A stretch of 64,000 nucleotides of DNA from an uncultured Planctomycetaceae bacterium (GTDB taxonomy: Bacteria; Planctomycetota; Planctomycetia; Planctomycetales; Planctomycetaceae), in the NCBI GenBank assembly GCA_963813715.1, contig CAWFAK010000015.1, positions 32,001 to 96,000 of the forward strand, read 5' to 3'. Each line of letters opens with the position of its first letter. Position 1 is the first letter of the stretch. Both the position numbers and the translations under genes were made by a program. The notes beneath the pieces are model-generated. The model did no database searches and was not told the DNA's origin. It saw nothing but the letters and a program-made list of their open reading frames with translations. This document shows positions 32,720 through 43,800 of this stretch, piece after piece.

Positions 32720-32752
32720 AAGCCCGCCGGAGCCCTCCGGCGGGCTTTTTAT
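32720..32752 (+). terminator. Intrinsic terminator
   Basis: AAGCCCGCCGGAG-CC-CTCCGGCGGGCTT followed by TTTAT. Confidence 0.85.
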
Positions 32753-33137
32753 TGCGCTCGGGCCTGCGTGCGCATACCGAGTCGTTTCGCGCGGGGACGC
32801 TTTTGGGAGAAGCTTGCAGCGAGGCCGGAGGTGCACCCGGGCCGCACGTGATCCGCTTGCTCCCCTCATCCGGTGGATCGGGTTGTTGTGCTCTATTCGC
32901 GACAATCGGACTAACCGGGGTGAAGCCGGCGGCAAATGACCGCGGGACCTCGGGCTTTTCAATTCGTGCGCGAAGAAGATCCGATATCAGGTGCTGACGC
33001 TCTCTCACCTCGGTCATGGGATCGAAACGCGAGTGCGGCTCGGCACTGCTGGGTTCGCGAACGAACCCAATTGACCCCGGCAAACGGACCGTTCCGCCCA
33101 GGACAGTGGAACCTTCCGATTCCTCACGAGTCCAAAC

Positions 33138-33398
33138 ATGCTTCCCATGCTGCGCGGAACCTTTTTCTCCGTCGGAATGTTCATCGCTCTGTGGGGCGTC
33201 TCGCTGCTGTTCGTCGACAAGCTTGTCGTCAACGTCGCGGACGATAGCCAGCGAACGCCTGGGTTCCGCGGCATGCTGAACAACCAGCCGCAACAGAAAC
33301 AGCGCGTGATCGATCCTCCCGATTGGGTCTCGTTCAGCCTGCTGTCCGTCGGCGCGGTGACGATGCTCTACGCGGTCGCGCTCCCCCGCAAGCAATAG
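33138..33398 (+). CDS. Small protein with two TM segments
   Basis: Two hydrophobic helices separated by ...IDPPDW. Confidence 0.75.
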   Translation: MLPMLRGTFFSVGMFIALWGVSLLFVDKLVVNVADDSQRTPGFRGMLNNQPQQKQRVIDPPDWVSFSLLSVGAVTMLYAVALPRKQ

Positions 33399-33542
33399 CT
33401 TGCTGCCCAGGCCGCCCTCGGCCGTTGCCCTCCTCGCTAGACACGGCGATGGCGGTTTCGCGGAGCCTGCTGCGCTGGTTGGGCTTTGACCGGCCTCGCC
33501 GGAAACCCCTGGGCCGCTTGATTCAACGTCTGCCGCCCCCGT

Positions 33543-34058
33543 ATGATCGAACGTGCGGAGGGGCTGCTGCCCCGCAGCGCTGGCCGGGAGCAGGTTGTGC
33601 CGCCGGAATTCGATTTTGAGCATAGTGTCGGCTGCTGGATTGCGCAGACGTCACACGCGTTGAGACGAGCCCTGGACTACGAGCTGTCCCGCGAAGGCAT
33701 CACCTTCCGGCAATGGGAGGTGCTCGCTTGGTCAGGGTCTAGCGAGGCTCTCTCCCAAGCCGAGCTAGCCGAGCGGATGGGCATTGAGGCGCCGACCCTG
33801 GCCGGCATCCTGTCGCGGATGGAGCGCGATGGCTGGCTCGAACGCTCCTGCTGCCCCAAGGACCGCCGCAAAAAGCGGTTCCGCCCCTCGGCGAAGGCCG
33901 ACGCCGTTTGGTCCCGCATGATCGACTGCTGTCACGCGGTTCGCGCCCGCGCCACCGAAGGCCTCTCGGTCGAGGAACTGGCCACCTTCAAGCGAACCTG
34001 CGACGCGATCCGGACCAACCTCAGCGGCGTTCCTGATCCGCTCGAGCCGGTCTCCTAA
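33543..34058 (+). CDS. MarR-family transcriptional regulator
   Basis: GITFRQWEVL, LSQAELAERMGIEAPTL, MERDGWLER, DRR. Confidence 0.92.
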   Translation: MIERAEGLLPRSAGREQVVPPEFDFEHSVGCWIAQTSHALRRALDYELSREGITFRQWEVLAWSGSSEALSQAELAERMGIEAPTLAGILSRMERDGWLERSCCPKDRRKKRFRPSAKADAVWSRMIDCCHAVRARATEGLSVEELATFKRTCDAIRTNLSGVPDPLEPVS

Positions 34059-34290
34059 GCGGCCGACAGCCACTCCTTCCGCGCTGACCATCGACGAAAC
34101 GAATCGGTCGCGCGGATAATCTCGAACGGGCCTGGGTTATTTCGCAATCTAGCTGGATGTGCCATCCACTTCAGCCTGGCTAGAGGAATCCTGGCGGGGC
34201 GTTCAGGTGCTCTCGATTGCGTGATTTTTCGGCCCAGAATCTCTTTTAGATTCCGCGCTCTGCGCCGGTCTAACACCGGTGAACAAGGGC

Positions 34291-34815
34291 ATGTCCTCCA
34301 TGGCCCGATCGAGCGAAGAGCGTGAACTCGACCGGCTCGTGAGCGAACACCTGCCCACGGCATTACGTTTTGCTACACGCCTCACGGGAGACGTCGATCA
34401 AGCGGAAGACGTGGTGCAAGAGGCTCTCGTCCGCGCGGCTCGCAGTTGGAAGACGTTTCGGGGTGAGGCACAGTTTCGCACGTGGTTGTTTCGCATCGTG
34501 ATCAATGTGTTTCGCAGCCACTCGGCCGCCGTCGCCCATCGGCCGACGACTCTGCCCGAAACGCTGGCCGACCGGCGAGTGGCGGATCCGGCCAGGGGCG
34601 CCGAAGACCGCGAGCTGGCCGAGCTGATCGCCGAGCGGGTCTCGGCACTGCCCGAACGGCAGCGCGAAGTGATGGTTTTGACTTCCTTCGAGGGTTTCAG
34701 CGTCCAAGAGGCGGCCAAATTGCTCGAGATCACCGAGGCCAACGTCTACTCCACGCTGGCAGTGGCTCGGGCGCGACTGAGCAAGGAACTGGCTCCTTAT
34801 TTCGTTCGTCGCTGA
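34291..34815 (+). CDS. ECF RNA polymerase sigma factor
   Basis: AEDVVQEA and FRTWLFRIVIN (region 2); LPERQREV and EAAKLL (region 4). Confidence 0.92.
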   Translation: MSSMARSSEERELDRLVSEHLPTALRFATRLTGDVDQAEDVVQEALVRAARSWKTFRGEAQFRTWLFRIVINVFRSHSAAVAHRPTTLPETLADRRVADPARGAEDRELAELIAERVSALPERQREVMVLTSFEGFSVQEAAKLLEITEANVYSTLAVARARLSKELAPYFVRR

Positions 34816-34820
34816 GTTAG

Positions 34821-36137
34821 TTGAGTGAGCTGATGTCCGTAAACGAACCAGACAAGCCGCCGATCAGCGACGATTCGCTCGACCAGTTACTGCGGGAGGC
34901 CTGCTGGCCGGAGGCCTCTCCGGGCACGGTCACGCGGCTGACGCAGCGCTGGGAGACGGTGTGGACGGCCCGCCGTCGCCGCGAGGCGTTGCTTTGGCGG
35001 ACGGCCGCATTGGCCGTCGCGGCAACGTTGCTGGCAGCGGCCACACTGGGATGGCCCCGACTGCGACCGACTGAAAAACCGGTCGTCACCAACGACGCGC
35101 AGCCGACGGTCTCGGATCAACCCGGGCCGCGGCATCCCGCAGACGTGCCATCGCCGGTCGTCGTCCGCGCGAACGAGAATATTTCGCGAGCGCCAGTGCC
35201 AAGCGAAGTCGTGCCCTGGCGGTCGCCCAATGCGCTCGAAGAGCTGATTCTGGCGGCTCACGATCGCGAACGGGGTCAGGCGGCGCCTTCCCCGGCAATT
35301 GCCCAGCACGAGCCGAACAAGGAGCCCGCGATAACGCCGCCCATTCATTTAGCAGGCGTGGCGCGGCGCAAATCTCCGACGACCTCGAAACCTCTGTCGT
35401 CGGAGCAAGCACGCGTCGCCTCGGCGATTCAGCGCGTGGCTTCGGAGAAACGGGTCGACGTCGCGGCGGTGGCCTTGGAGCTGCGGAAATCAGCGGCAAT
35501 CTCGGAGCGACTCCTGATTGAAACGCTCGACCGCGGCAAGAGTCGCGAGCAACTGGCCGCGTTGCGGCTCCTGGCAGAGATCGGCAGCCCGCTCTCGGTT
35601 GTCCCCGTGTTCCGGGCGGCCCACGAATCGGCTCTGCATGCGACGGCACTCGAGACCTTGGTGCGTCTGGCTGATCCGTCGGTCCTTGGCGAATTGGCGC
35701 GGAGCGAGAGGAACCCCGAGCTGCAGCGGTCGTTGTTGGCTGCTCTGCTGGCTCGCGGCGAACCAAACGCGTTGGACGTGTTTTTGAGTTTCGTGCAGTA
35801 CGAGCCAACGACAGAAACGGCGCTCGCCGCCGCGCAGACGTTGAAAGACCCGCCGATGGATTTGCTGTTCGCGAGTCTCTCGGTGCCGCTGGAATCGCAG
35901 CGCATCGCGGCGGCCCGCGTGATTGGGCGAATCGATGGGGCGGCGACGACCCAGCGGTTGATCGGAATGGTCGACTCGGGAGTCAACCGCCACGAAGCGT
36001 GCATCGCCTTGTTGAGCAGTCGCGGGCCGGAAGCCACCCGCTACGTGGACGCGGCGGCCCGTCGCGATCCCGCGCTGGCCGCGATTTTGTCTGGTGCCCG
36101 TCTCTTTACCCCGTCCGAAAATCCTCCTCGGAGTTGA
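34821..36137 (+). CDS. Putative anti-sigma factor with a TM helix and HEAT-like repeats
   Basis: Directly after the ECF gene; DDSLDQLLR, single TM helix, Pro-rich linker, helical repeats (AALRLLAEIG, AAARVIGRI). Confidence 0.75.
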   Translation: MSELMSVNEPDKPPISDDSLDQLLREACWPEASPGTVTRLTQRWETVWTARRRREALLWRTAALAVAATLLAAATLGWPRLRPTEKPVVTNDAQPTVSDQPGPRHPADVPSPVVVRANENISRAPVPSEVVPWRSPNALEELILAAHDRERGQAAPSPAIAQHEPNKEPAITPPIHLAGVARRKSPTTSKPLSSEQARVASAIQRVASEKRVDVAAVALELRKSAAISERLLIETLDRGKSREQLAALRLLAEIGSPLSVVPVFRAAHESALHATALETLVRLADPSVLGELARSERNPELQRSLLAALLARGEPNALDVFLSFVQYEPTTETALAAAQTLKDPPMDLLFASLSVPLESQRIAAARVIGRIDGAATTQRLIGMVDSGVNRHEACIALLSSRGPEATRYVDAAARRDPALAAILSGARLFTPSENPPRS

Positions 36138-36140
36138 GCC

Positions 36141-37429
36141 ATGACGTTTGCCACGATCCGCCGACCGTTGTCCTCCTGCGCCGCCTCCGTGAAGGGTCCG
36201 GCAAGATCGAAGACTCGCACGTGGGCGCTTCCGCTCCTGGTGGCAACAGCCCTGTTCCTCCCGACCGCGGCGCGAGGCCAGGATGACCCGGCCCAAAAGC
36301 GGCCGGCTCGCCGGCCGAGAGCCGCCACGGCGAATGCCGACCAGGATCGGCAGCTGGTTGTCCGCGTCTATCCGGTCGAAGATCTGCTGCAGACCGTCAG
36401 CGACTACCCGTATCGCGGTGGACTTCCGGGGACGTTCCCCCATATGGCAAACGGTGGATTTGGCGGCGGACTTGGCGGGGGGGGAATGGGCGGTGGTGGC
36501 GGTGGTGGTGGTGGAACGTTCTCCGTCCCGAGCGCAGCCGCTCCGCCCCAGGTGTTGCGCCAGTTCGGAGGCGTGGGAAACTCTGGGGGTAATTCTGCTC
36601 AGACCGACGAACGCGAAAGCCGAAAGTCAGAACTTTTGGAAATGATCCAGTCGTACGTCAAAGGCGACTGGGGAAACTCGGGGCGGAATGCAGCATCTTT
36701 CGCGGCAGCCTGATCGTGCGCAATACCGAAGAAGTTCAAAAGGCTGTGGCCGATCTTTTACAGGCTGTGCGCACGACGAGTGAAATCGGACGCTCGGTGA
36801 CCATCGAGGCCACCTGGCTCGTGCTGACTCCTCAACAGCTCGAGAGCTTGCGACGCTTCTCGGCGGGCAAGCCGGATGCGCCCGCGGCCGATCTGCGAAA
36901 AAGCTTTGGCGAACTCACGCAACAGGCGACAGCCATCCACGGCCAGATCACATGTCTCAATGGGCAGCAGGTGCATCTGGCCACCGGTAGGCGACAGGTG
37001 ATCGCCAGCGGCGGCACGCCCACGGTCGGGATGGGAGCCGTCGGCTATACACCGATTGTGTCGGTGCTGAATCTTGGGGCGGTCTTGCAAGTCAGGCCAT
37101 CGCTCTCGGCCGACTCCGGGAAGGTCCTCGTCGACCTAAGGAGCGTCGTGACGCAGTGGAAAGAGCCGGCGGCTCCCATCCAGATCTCGAGCCAGGCCCT
37201 CGTCGGTTCGGAAGAGAAGAAGGCCGAAGGGCCGCTCGTCCACAGTATGGTGACGATCGACCGCGCGGACGTCGGCACGCAGGAATGGGCGAGCACGGTC
37301 TCGATCCCGATCGGCCAACCGGTCTATATCGGTTCGGTCACGCTGACCGGCGACAAGGCGGGCCACTTGGAGCCGGCTCAGAATCCGGAGCTGGCGCTGG
37401 TGATCGAGATACGTCCGAGCTCCCGCTAA
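36141..37429 (+). CDS. Exported secretin-like protein (frameshift near 36700)
   Basis: Signal peptide, VRVYPVEDLL, Gly-rich loop, VRNTEEVQKAVADLL, LQVRPSLSAD...VLVDL. Confidence 0.65.
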
Positions 37430-37454
37430 TTCGCGTAGCGAAGATCAGCGATGT

Positions 37455-38132
37455 CTACTTCGTCAGTTCCAACGTCGACCACAGGCTCGGGTCGTGGTCG
37501 AAGGGAAACTCGCGGCCGACGGTCAGGAATTGCTCGCCCAGTTCCGCGTCTTTCACTGCGTAGTAGAAGCCGAGCAGCGGGTTCGAATCGCGGTCGTAGC
37601 CCTGCAAGCACTCGGCTGGAGTCCAGATCTCAAGCTCGTATCCGCTGCGCGTCGCCCGGGAAACGGACTGCAAGAGGCTGGCCCGGCTCATCGGGGCGTC
37701 TTCCTTGGCCAGAGCGATCGCCAATTGCTGAGCGCCGGCTCGGCCACCGCCGCCGGAGTTCTTGGCCGTTCCCTTGGCCCAATTCTCGGGGAGGGGCCAA
37801 AAGGCGAAATGATGGCAGAAGCGGGTCGCCCGATGGATCGATTGCGTGTTGCGAGTGTCGATCCAGAGCTGCAGTCCGTCCGATTCGGACGGTTCGTTCG
37901 GATCGACGAAGATCGGCATTTTCTTGCCGCTAACTTCCAATCGGAAGCCGAGCCCCGCCTCATTCCAGCCGGCGCGCAGCGTCGCGAAGGGCGCGGCGGC
38001 GTCTAACCCGCCGAGGTCGGGCAACGGAGCGATTTTTTCCACGTCGAGGAACGGCTTGCGTGCGACCGACGACTCGACCTCTCGCACCGGAAAGGAAAAG
38101 CGGAACAAGAATCGGTGCGGAACGACGGGCAT
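37455..38132 (-). CDS. Hypothetical protein, possibly DOMON/CBM9-like beta-sandwich
   Basis: LRAGWNEAGL, DGLQLWIDTR, GYELEI. Confidence 0.75.
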   Translation of the reverse strand: MPVVPHRFLFRFSFPVREVESSVARKPFLDVEKIAPLPDLGGLDAAAPFATLRAGWNEAGLGFRLEVSGKKMPIFVDPNEPSESDGLQLWIDTRNTQSIHRATRFCHHFAFWPLPENWAKGTAKNSGGGGRAGAQQLAIALAKEDAPMSRASLLQSVSRATRSGYELEIWTPAECLQGYDRDSNPLLGFYYAVKDAELGEQFLTVGREFPFDHDPSLWSTLELTK

Positions 38133-38506
38133 AGGAGCCGATGACCGGCGCGATACTCCGCGGCAGCTTCGGCGATCTGCTGCCAGCTCATCAGATGCGT
38201 TTCGATGCTTTTGATCACGAGCGAGCCGCGCTTGCCTTTGGCATCTTCCAGCTCGTAGCCCGACTGGCGGAGCTTGTTTTCCTGCTCCGATTCCTTGGGA
38301 AGCAGCCCGTCGTCACTGATGGCGCGCCACCATTCGAGGTGCGGCCAGTCGCGGCGGATGGTGCGAATGGTCGTGACCATTGTGCGGCCATTCATGCCGG
38401 CGCTAAAGCCCGCCTGTTTGGCCAGCGTGCTGAACGTGGCGACTTTTTGCGCTTTTTTCAGCTCCCAAAGGAGCTCCGCTACTTCCGACGCTCGACTCGA
38501 AACCAT
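38003..38506 (-). CDS. MGMT/alkyltransferase-like DNA-binding protein (true stop probably near 38150)
   Basis: KVATFSTLAK.AG, LEWWRAI..DG, Q...L..SG; W replaces the catalytic Cys; the ORF reads into the next gene, probably through an indel. Confidence 0.7.
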   Translation of the reverse strand: MVSSRASEVAELLWELKKAQKVATFSTLAKQAGFSAGMNGRTMVTTIRTIRRDWPHLEWWRAISDDGLLPKESEQENKLRQSGYELEDAKGKRGSLVIKSIETHLMSWQQIAEAAAEYRAGHRLLCPSFRTDSCSAFPFRCERSSRRSHASRSSTWKKSLRCPTSAG

Positions 38507-38763
38507 TGGGGATCCCCTTGGGATAGGGACAGGTCAGGCTTCCGAAGCCCGAAGAATCGTATTCAGGAAACCTTCGTCCGTGACCTGAACCAACCGGAAG
38601 GATTGCCGCAAACGGAACGTCAAATCTCTTCCGGGCCTTTGAAATCCGGGACGCCGCGTATGTCCACGAGGAGCCAATCTTGGAATAATTCTAAGGTAAT
38701 CGATCCGACGTCCCCCTCACAAGCCCTGATGTCGGATCCATGGTGATTGAGGAAGCCCGGAAC

Positions 38764-39201
38764 ATGGAGGAAATCTACGAAGGACACGGAATTCGCTTCC
38801 GTTACCCTGTTTATTGGGAAGTGACCGAGCAGGAAGACGACGAAGCGACCTCGATTACCGTCGCCAGCCCCGATACGTCGTTCTGGTCCATCTCTCTCTT
38901 TCACGACGCTCCTTCGCCCCAGGAGGTGCTGGAGTCGGCCCTGGAGGCCTTTCGCGAGGAGTATGCGGAGGCCGACGTTTATGCCTCCACCGAGCGCATC
39001 GGGGACCGAGCCGGCGTCGCGCGCGACCTCGACTTTGTCTGCTTTGAGCTCATTAATAGCGCGTTCTTGCGATCGTTTCAGACCGAGCGATACACAGTTC
39101 TGGTGCTCTATCAGGGATTCGACGGAGAACTCGAGACGACGCGGCCGATGCTCGAGGCGATTTCCGCCAGCCTGGCTTTCGCCGGCGAAGACGAGCCCTG
39201 A
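38764..39201 (+). CDS. Hypothetical protein
   Basis: GIRFRYP..W N-terminus; acidic 145-aa ORF. Confidence 0.75.
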   Translation: MEEIYEGHGIRFRYPVYWEVTEQEDDEATSITVASPDTSFWSISLFHDAPSPQEVLESALEAFREEYAEADVYASTERIGDRAGVARDLDFVCFELINSAFLRSFQTERYTVLVLYQGFDGELETTRPMLEAISASLAFAGEDEP

Positions 39202-39545
39202 ACAGCGTGCGGGCACAGGCGCAATGGTGCGTCTTCGGACCCGACGGCCAGTCGGCTTTGCCCGTGCCCCTGCGAGCCGAATATAATCGGGGGCATCAAT
39301 ATCGGGGCCGATCTGACCGCTGGCCGATTCGACTACCCAGTCCGACGTCGCCGTTTCGCTGCCAGCACTCATTGGGTTGCCACGTGGCGACGCCAACCGT
39401 CCGGTGGCCCTGGGGGAACGTCATCCGACAAACCCGCATTTTGGCCGTTGATCCAAGCCAGTTCGGGGCTTGGGTGGCGGGTTGGTGGCGTCCGCGTTGC
39501 GGGCCGGGCTAAAACACAAGCGCACTGCTTGGAGGATACACGCAC

Positions 39546-39767
39546 ATGGCTGCGGAGCTCTTTTCGCACCAAGTGGAGAGCGTGGGAACGGTCGCCGGCC
39601 ACGTCTGGAACTATTTAAATGACAACGGGCCAGTCACCCTCAGCAAGCTGGCCCGCGAGATCGAGGCTCCGCGAGACCTCGTGATGCAAGGAGTCGGCTG
39701 GCTTGCCCGAGAAGGAAAGGTTGCCTTCCACGAAGGTCCCAGGAGCAAGACCATTTCGCTGCTGTGA
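39546..39767 (+). CDS. Small winged-helix protein (DUF2582-like)
   Basis: GGAGG RBS; VGTVAGHVWNYL...GVGWLAREGK. Confidence 0.88.
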   Translation: MAAELFSHQVESVGTVAGHVWNYLNDNGPVTLSKLAREIEAPRDLVMQGVGWLAREGKVAFHEGPRSKTISLL

Positions 39768-39806
39768 ACGATTCGATCCGCGCCGATTCCTTTCGGACAC
39801 CAGCCG

Positions 39807-40775
39807 ATGCCTGCCACCACCGAATTTGACAATTTTTGCGAAGAGGGCCGCCGTCAGGTGCGGCACCAGGACGCGGACGCCGCGATCGCCGCCTTTCGGA
39901 AGGCGCTGGCGCTCAACGAGCGGGCGATCGTCGTGCACGAGGGGCTGGCGGCCGCCTATTTCCTGAAAAAGGATTACGAGAACGCGGCCGAACACTTCAA
40001 GAAAGTGACGCTGCTCGACCCGCGACAGGCCAAGGCCCTCATCAACCTTGGCGCGGTCTACAACCGGATGGGCGAGTATACAAAGGCGGTCACCATTCTG
40101 CGCAAGGCCGTGCAAAAGGATAAAAGCTCGGGCGAAGGACACTACAACCTGGGGTTGGCCTATCGCGGGCTCAACCAGCAGGCGATGGCGGTGTCGGCGT
40201 ACAAAGAGGCCGTCCGCGTTTCTCCGGCGATGGCGGCCGCCCATCAGAACCTGGCCAACGTCTATGTCGACATGGGCAACTTTCAGCACGCCATGATCCA
40301 CTACAAAAAGGCGCTGGAGATCAACCCAGAGTTCGAGCGGGCGCAGCGCGGGCTGGAAGCGGCCCAGGAGATGAGCTCGCAGGCCAAAAAGTCCATTAGT
40401 CCGTTCGGCCGGCTCGTCGACCCCAATGCCATCGGTGCCAAGTCCGCTCCGCGGGTCGAACGGCGGATGAACGACACGGAGCGGGCCCAGGATCGGATGA
40501 CCGTCTTCAGCGTGCTGAGCGAAGTGGACGATGCGGCCAACCTGCTCTTGAAGCAGCTCAAGGAATCCTTCGACCCGGCACTGCTCACGCTGGCGCGAAC
40601 TCTTTCGGAGCGGATGGACGGACCCAGCACGATCTCGCGCGACTACCGGGTCTATCTGATGGCCTTCAAGCAGGTCTACGAATCGCGCCGGGCGCTCAAA
40701 CGTGCCGTCGCGGCCCTTCGGGCGCACGAAGAGATGATGAACACGCCCGACATGCCGATGCGCCGCCCTAACTGA
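39807..40775 (+). CDS. Tetratricopeptide repeat protein
   Basis: Repeated NLG..Y...G....A...YKKA.EINP units. Confidence 0.9.
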   Translation: MPATTEFDNFCEEGRRQVRHQDADAAIAAFRKALALNERAIVVHEGLAAAYFLKKDYENAAEHFKKVTLLDPRQAKALINLGAVYNRMGEYTKAVTILRKAVQKDKSSGEGHYNLGLAYRGLNQQAMAVSAYKEAVRVSPAMAAAHQNLANVYVDMGNFQHAMIHYKKALEINPEFERAQRGLEAAQEMSSQAKKSISPFGRLVDPNAIGAKSAPRVERRMNDTERAQDRMTVFSVLSEVDDAANLLLKQLKESFDPALLTLARTLSERMDGPSTISRDYRVYLMAFKQVYESRRALKRAVAALRAHEEMMNTPDMPMRRPN

Positions 40776-40847
40776 CGCGACTGCTCCAAGGTCGTGCTCG
40801 TCACGGTTGCCGCGTGCCCGCTTGGGCTCACCGCTGCCGATCGTCGC

Positions 40848-43800
40848 TTAGGGCATGACCGTGCCGTTGACCAGGATGCCGCCCGTGGTGGTGGAGGCGG
40901 GGACTGAGAAGGGCGTGGCGGCGCCGGTGATGGTGTTGTTGGCCGCACTGCTCAGGTTGGGCATGTAGGTCGTGCTGCCGCTGACCGGATCGGTCACGCT
41001 GCTGAAGATGATGCCGCGATCGGGTCCGCCGCCGTTGGGCACCGAGAACGAGTTGTTGCTGATGCTGATCGCGCTCGGCCCGGTGACCGAGTCGAACAGC
41101 ATGCCGGTCGCTCCGCCCGCATTGTCGTAGATCGAGTTGCCGCTGATCGTGAGAGCGGCGGAGGGGCCCAGCGAAAACTCCATGCCGGTGCCGTTGGCCG
41201 CGCCGAATTGCACGCTGTTGTTCGTCACGCCGATCGACGCCGGGCCGTCCGTAATGAAGTGGAAGCCAACATCGTTTCCGCCGTTGGCCGCGAAGGCGTT
41301 GTTCTGAACCAAAATCGTCGACATGTAGACGCTCGACGCGTTGTTGATCAGCACGCCCGTATTGGACCCGCCCGTTCCCGCGAAGCTGTTGCTGGCAATC
41401 GTCGTGTCAAGCGTGCCGTTCCACGCGACATTGACGCCGGCCGTGTTCGACCCGCCGTCGGTAAATGCGTTGTTCTGCACGGTGAGGGTCATCGTCGAAG
41501 GCTCGCGCTCGGCATCGTCGCGATCAGCAGGTTGTCGGCAGTGGTCGAGGTAAGCGTGTTCCCTTCGAGGTTGACCACATACGCGCCCTGTTGGTTGTAC
41601 TGGCTGCGGATGTTGGCCGCGCCGTTGCCGGTGAAGGTCGACGTCACGAGATTGAGCGATCCCACGTTGAGAGCGTCGATTCCGTAGCTACGAGGATCCG
41701 GAGATTGTCGTATTGGCCAGCGCCAGCGACTGCACGTTCTGTGCCTGGATACCCACGCCGTTGGAATTCAGGGTCATACCGACCAGCCCGACGGTGCCGG
41801 TGTTCGTCAGAATGGCGCCAACCGTGTCGTTCTGGATAATGCCGCCGGTGCCCACCGCATTGCTCGCATTGCCGGTGACGAAGAACGTGCCGGACGATCC
41901 GATCAGCTTGAGGCCCACCGGCGCGTTGTTGCTCGAGAGCGCGGCGAGATAGACGTTCATATTTGTGCTCTCGATGTCGGCGGCCGTGCCGCCCACTGAG
42001 GAGATCGTTCCACCCGCTCCCGCCGTGTGCGCACTGTTGATCACGAGCGTTCCCGCGTCGTTGGCAAACAGGCCCGTGCCGTTGACGCTGGTCACGTTGA
42101 GCGTGCTGAAGGTCGTGGTGCCGGTATTGCTCGTCAGCGAAACGCCCGGGTTGCTCGCGGCATTGGAGACCGTGACCGCACCCGTGAAGGTTGTGTTGAC
42201 CGACGAATTGGCGATCGAGATGCCCGACGCGGTGGAGCCGATCTCGTTGGTGATGTTGGTCGTTCCCGTAACGGCCACGGTGCCGGCCGAATTGCCGATG
42301 GAGAGGCCGGCGCCCTCGCGGTGGTCGATCGACAGGTTGTCGAAGGTCACGCTGCCGTTCGCGAACTGATTGAAGATATTGACGGATTCCCCCGCCGCGC
42401 CGGAGACAGTGGTCGTTCCGGCAAATTGGACGGCGCCGGACTCGTTTTCGATATCGATGCCTCGGCCGGCCGAGTTGAGCACGGTCAGGTTGTTGAAATC
42501 CACGGTGCCCGCATTGTTCAACAGCAGCACGCCTTGGCTGCCGCTGCCGGGCAATTGCATACCGGTGAGGTTGACCGTGCCGCCGCCGATCGCGAAGACC
42601 AAAGCATCGTAATTCTGGCTCCCCGCGATGGTGCCGGTAAACGTGATGTTCGCGTTTCCACCCTCAATCCACAGGCCGTTCTGCTGCGAGCCGTTAACGG
42701 TGGTGTTGAGGATTTGGACCGAGTTCGCGCTGTTGACGAGCAGGATGCCGTTGTTGCCCGCGTTGTTGATGGTGACATTCTCAATGCTGCTGTTCGAGAC
42801 GCCGTTGCCGAAGAGGCCGTTGCCGGCCGGGTTGTTGATCGTGAAGCCAGACAGGATGGCGTTGGGGGCCAGGGTGATGGCGTCTCCGGTCGACGATTGC
42901 AGGACGGGCAGGCTGGTGCTGCCACTCGCGTGAGGCAGTACGATCGTTCCCGTGGGCACCGATAATGTGTGCTGCAATCCAGCGCCGTCTCCCAGCAGGG
43001 CCTGGCCGGCATTCATCGAGATGGTGGCGTCCGCGCCGTTGAACACGCTGTTGGCGTGCACGAAGACGATCGTCGCCCCCGTGGCCTGTGCGGCCGCGAT
43101 GGTCTGGAAGGGACTGTTGATCGTGCCGCTGCCGCCCGCGGCCGCCGCACTGTTCACGTGCGCCACTGTGTAGGGAGTATTCGTGATCGGATCGATGGCA
43201 GTGACGTTCGGATCGACCTGGCCGCGGGTGGGGGCCAGGACGGTGTAGTTGCGGGTGACGTGCTCGCCAAGTCGTGCTTGCTGCGACGGATCGGACAATT
43301 CCGAGCGGTGCAGGGGCCCGAAGGTCCAGGAAATTCCCAAAAAGGCCCGTGTGTTGAAGAAGTTGTCGTTGGTCACCTGCACGCTGCCGTCGACGCCCTG
43401 GTACAGATTTGCCTGCAGCCGGGCGGAGCCGCCAGTGATGTGATCGCCCTGGCTGTCCGTGTAGTAGTAGCCGCCGCCGTAAAGCCGCACGTTGTGCGCC
43501 TCGGCGAACTTACCGGGAATGGGAACACCCAGCTCCATATCGAAGCCTGTCATGGCCGAGATATAGCCCTGCAGTTCGTTGTAGACGACGTTATTGCCGA
43601 CGAACCGGGCCGAGTTGCCGATCGCCCCAAGAGACGTTTGGTCGAACGTCTGCCCGAACGGCACGTAGACGTTGGCCCGCCAGTCCCACCAGCGGCCGTA
43701 TGTCTCGAGGCTCACGCCGAATTGCTGGAAGTAAGGATCCCGCGTGCCGTCCGCGTCGTACCAGCCGCTGATGCCGAACACGCGATCGAGCGAAGGGTTG

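Noticed and set aside
32640..32720. Glycine or c-di-GMP riboswitch-like words (GGGAGCG...CGCCGAAGA...CTCTCA)
   Set aside because: The core consensus is incomplete and no suitable gene lies directly downstream; kept only as a generic structured trailer
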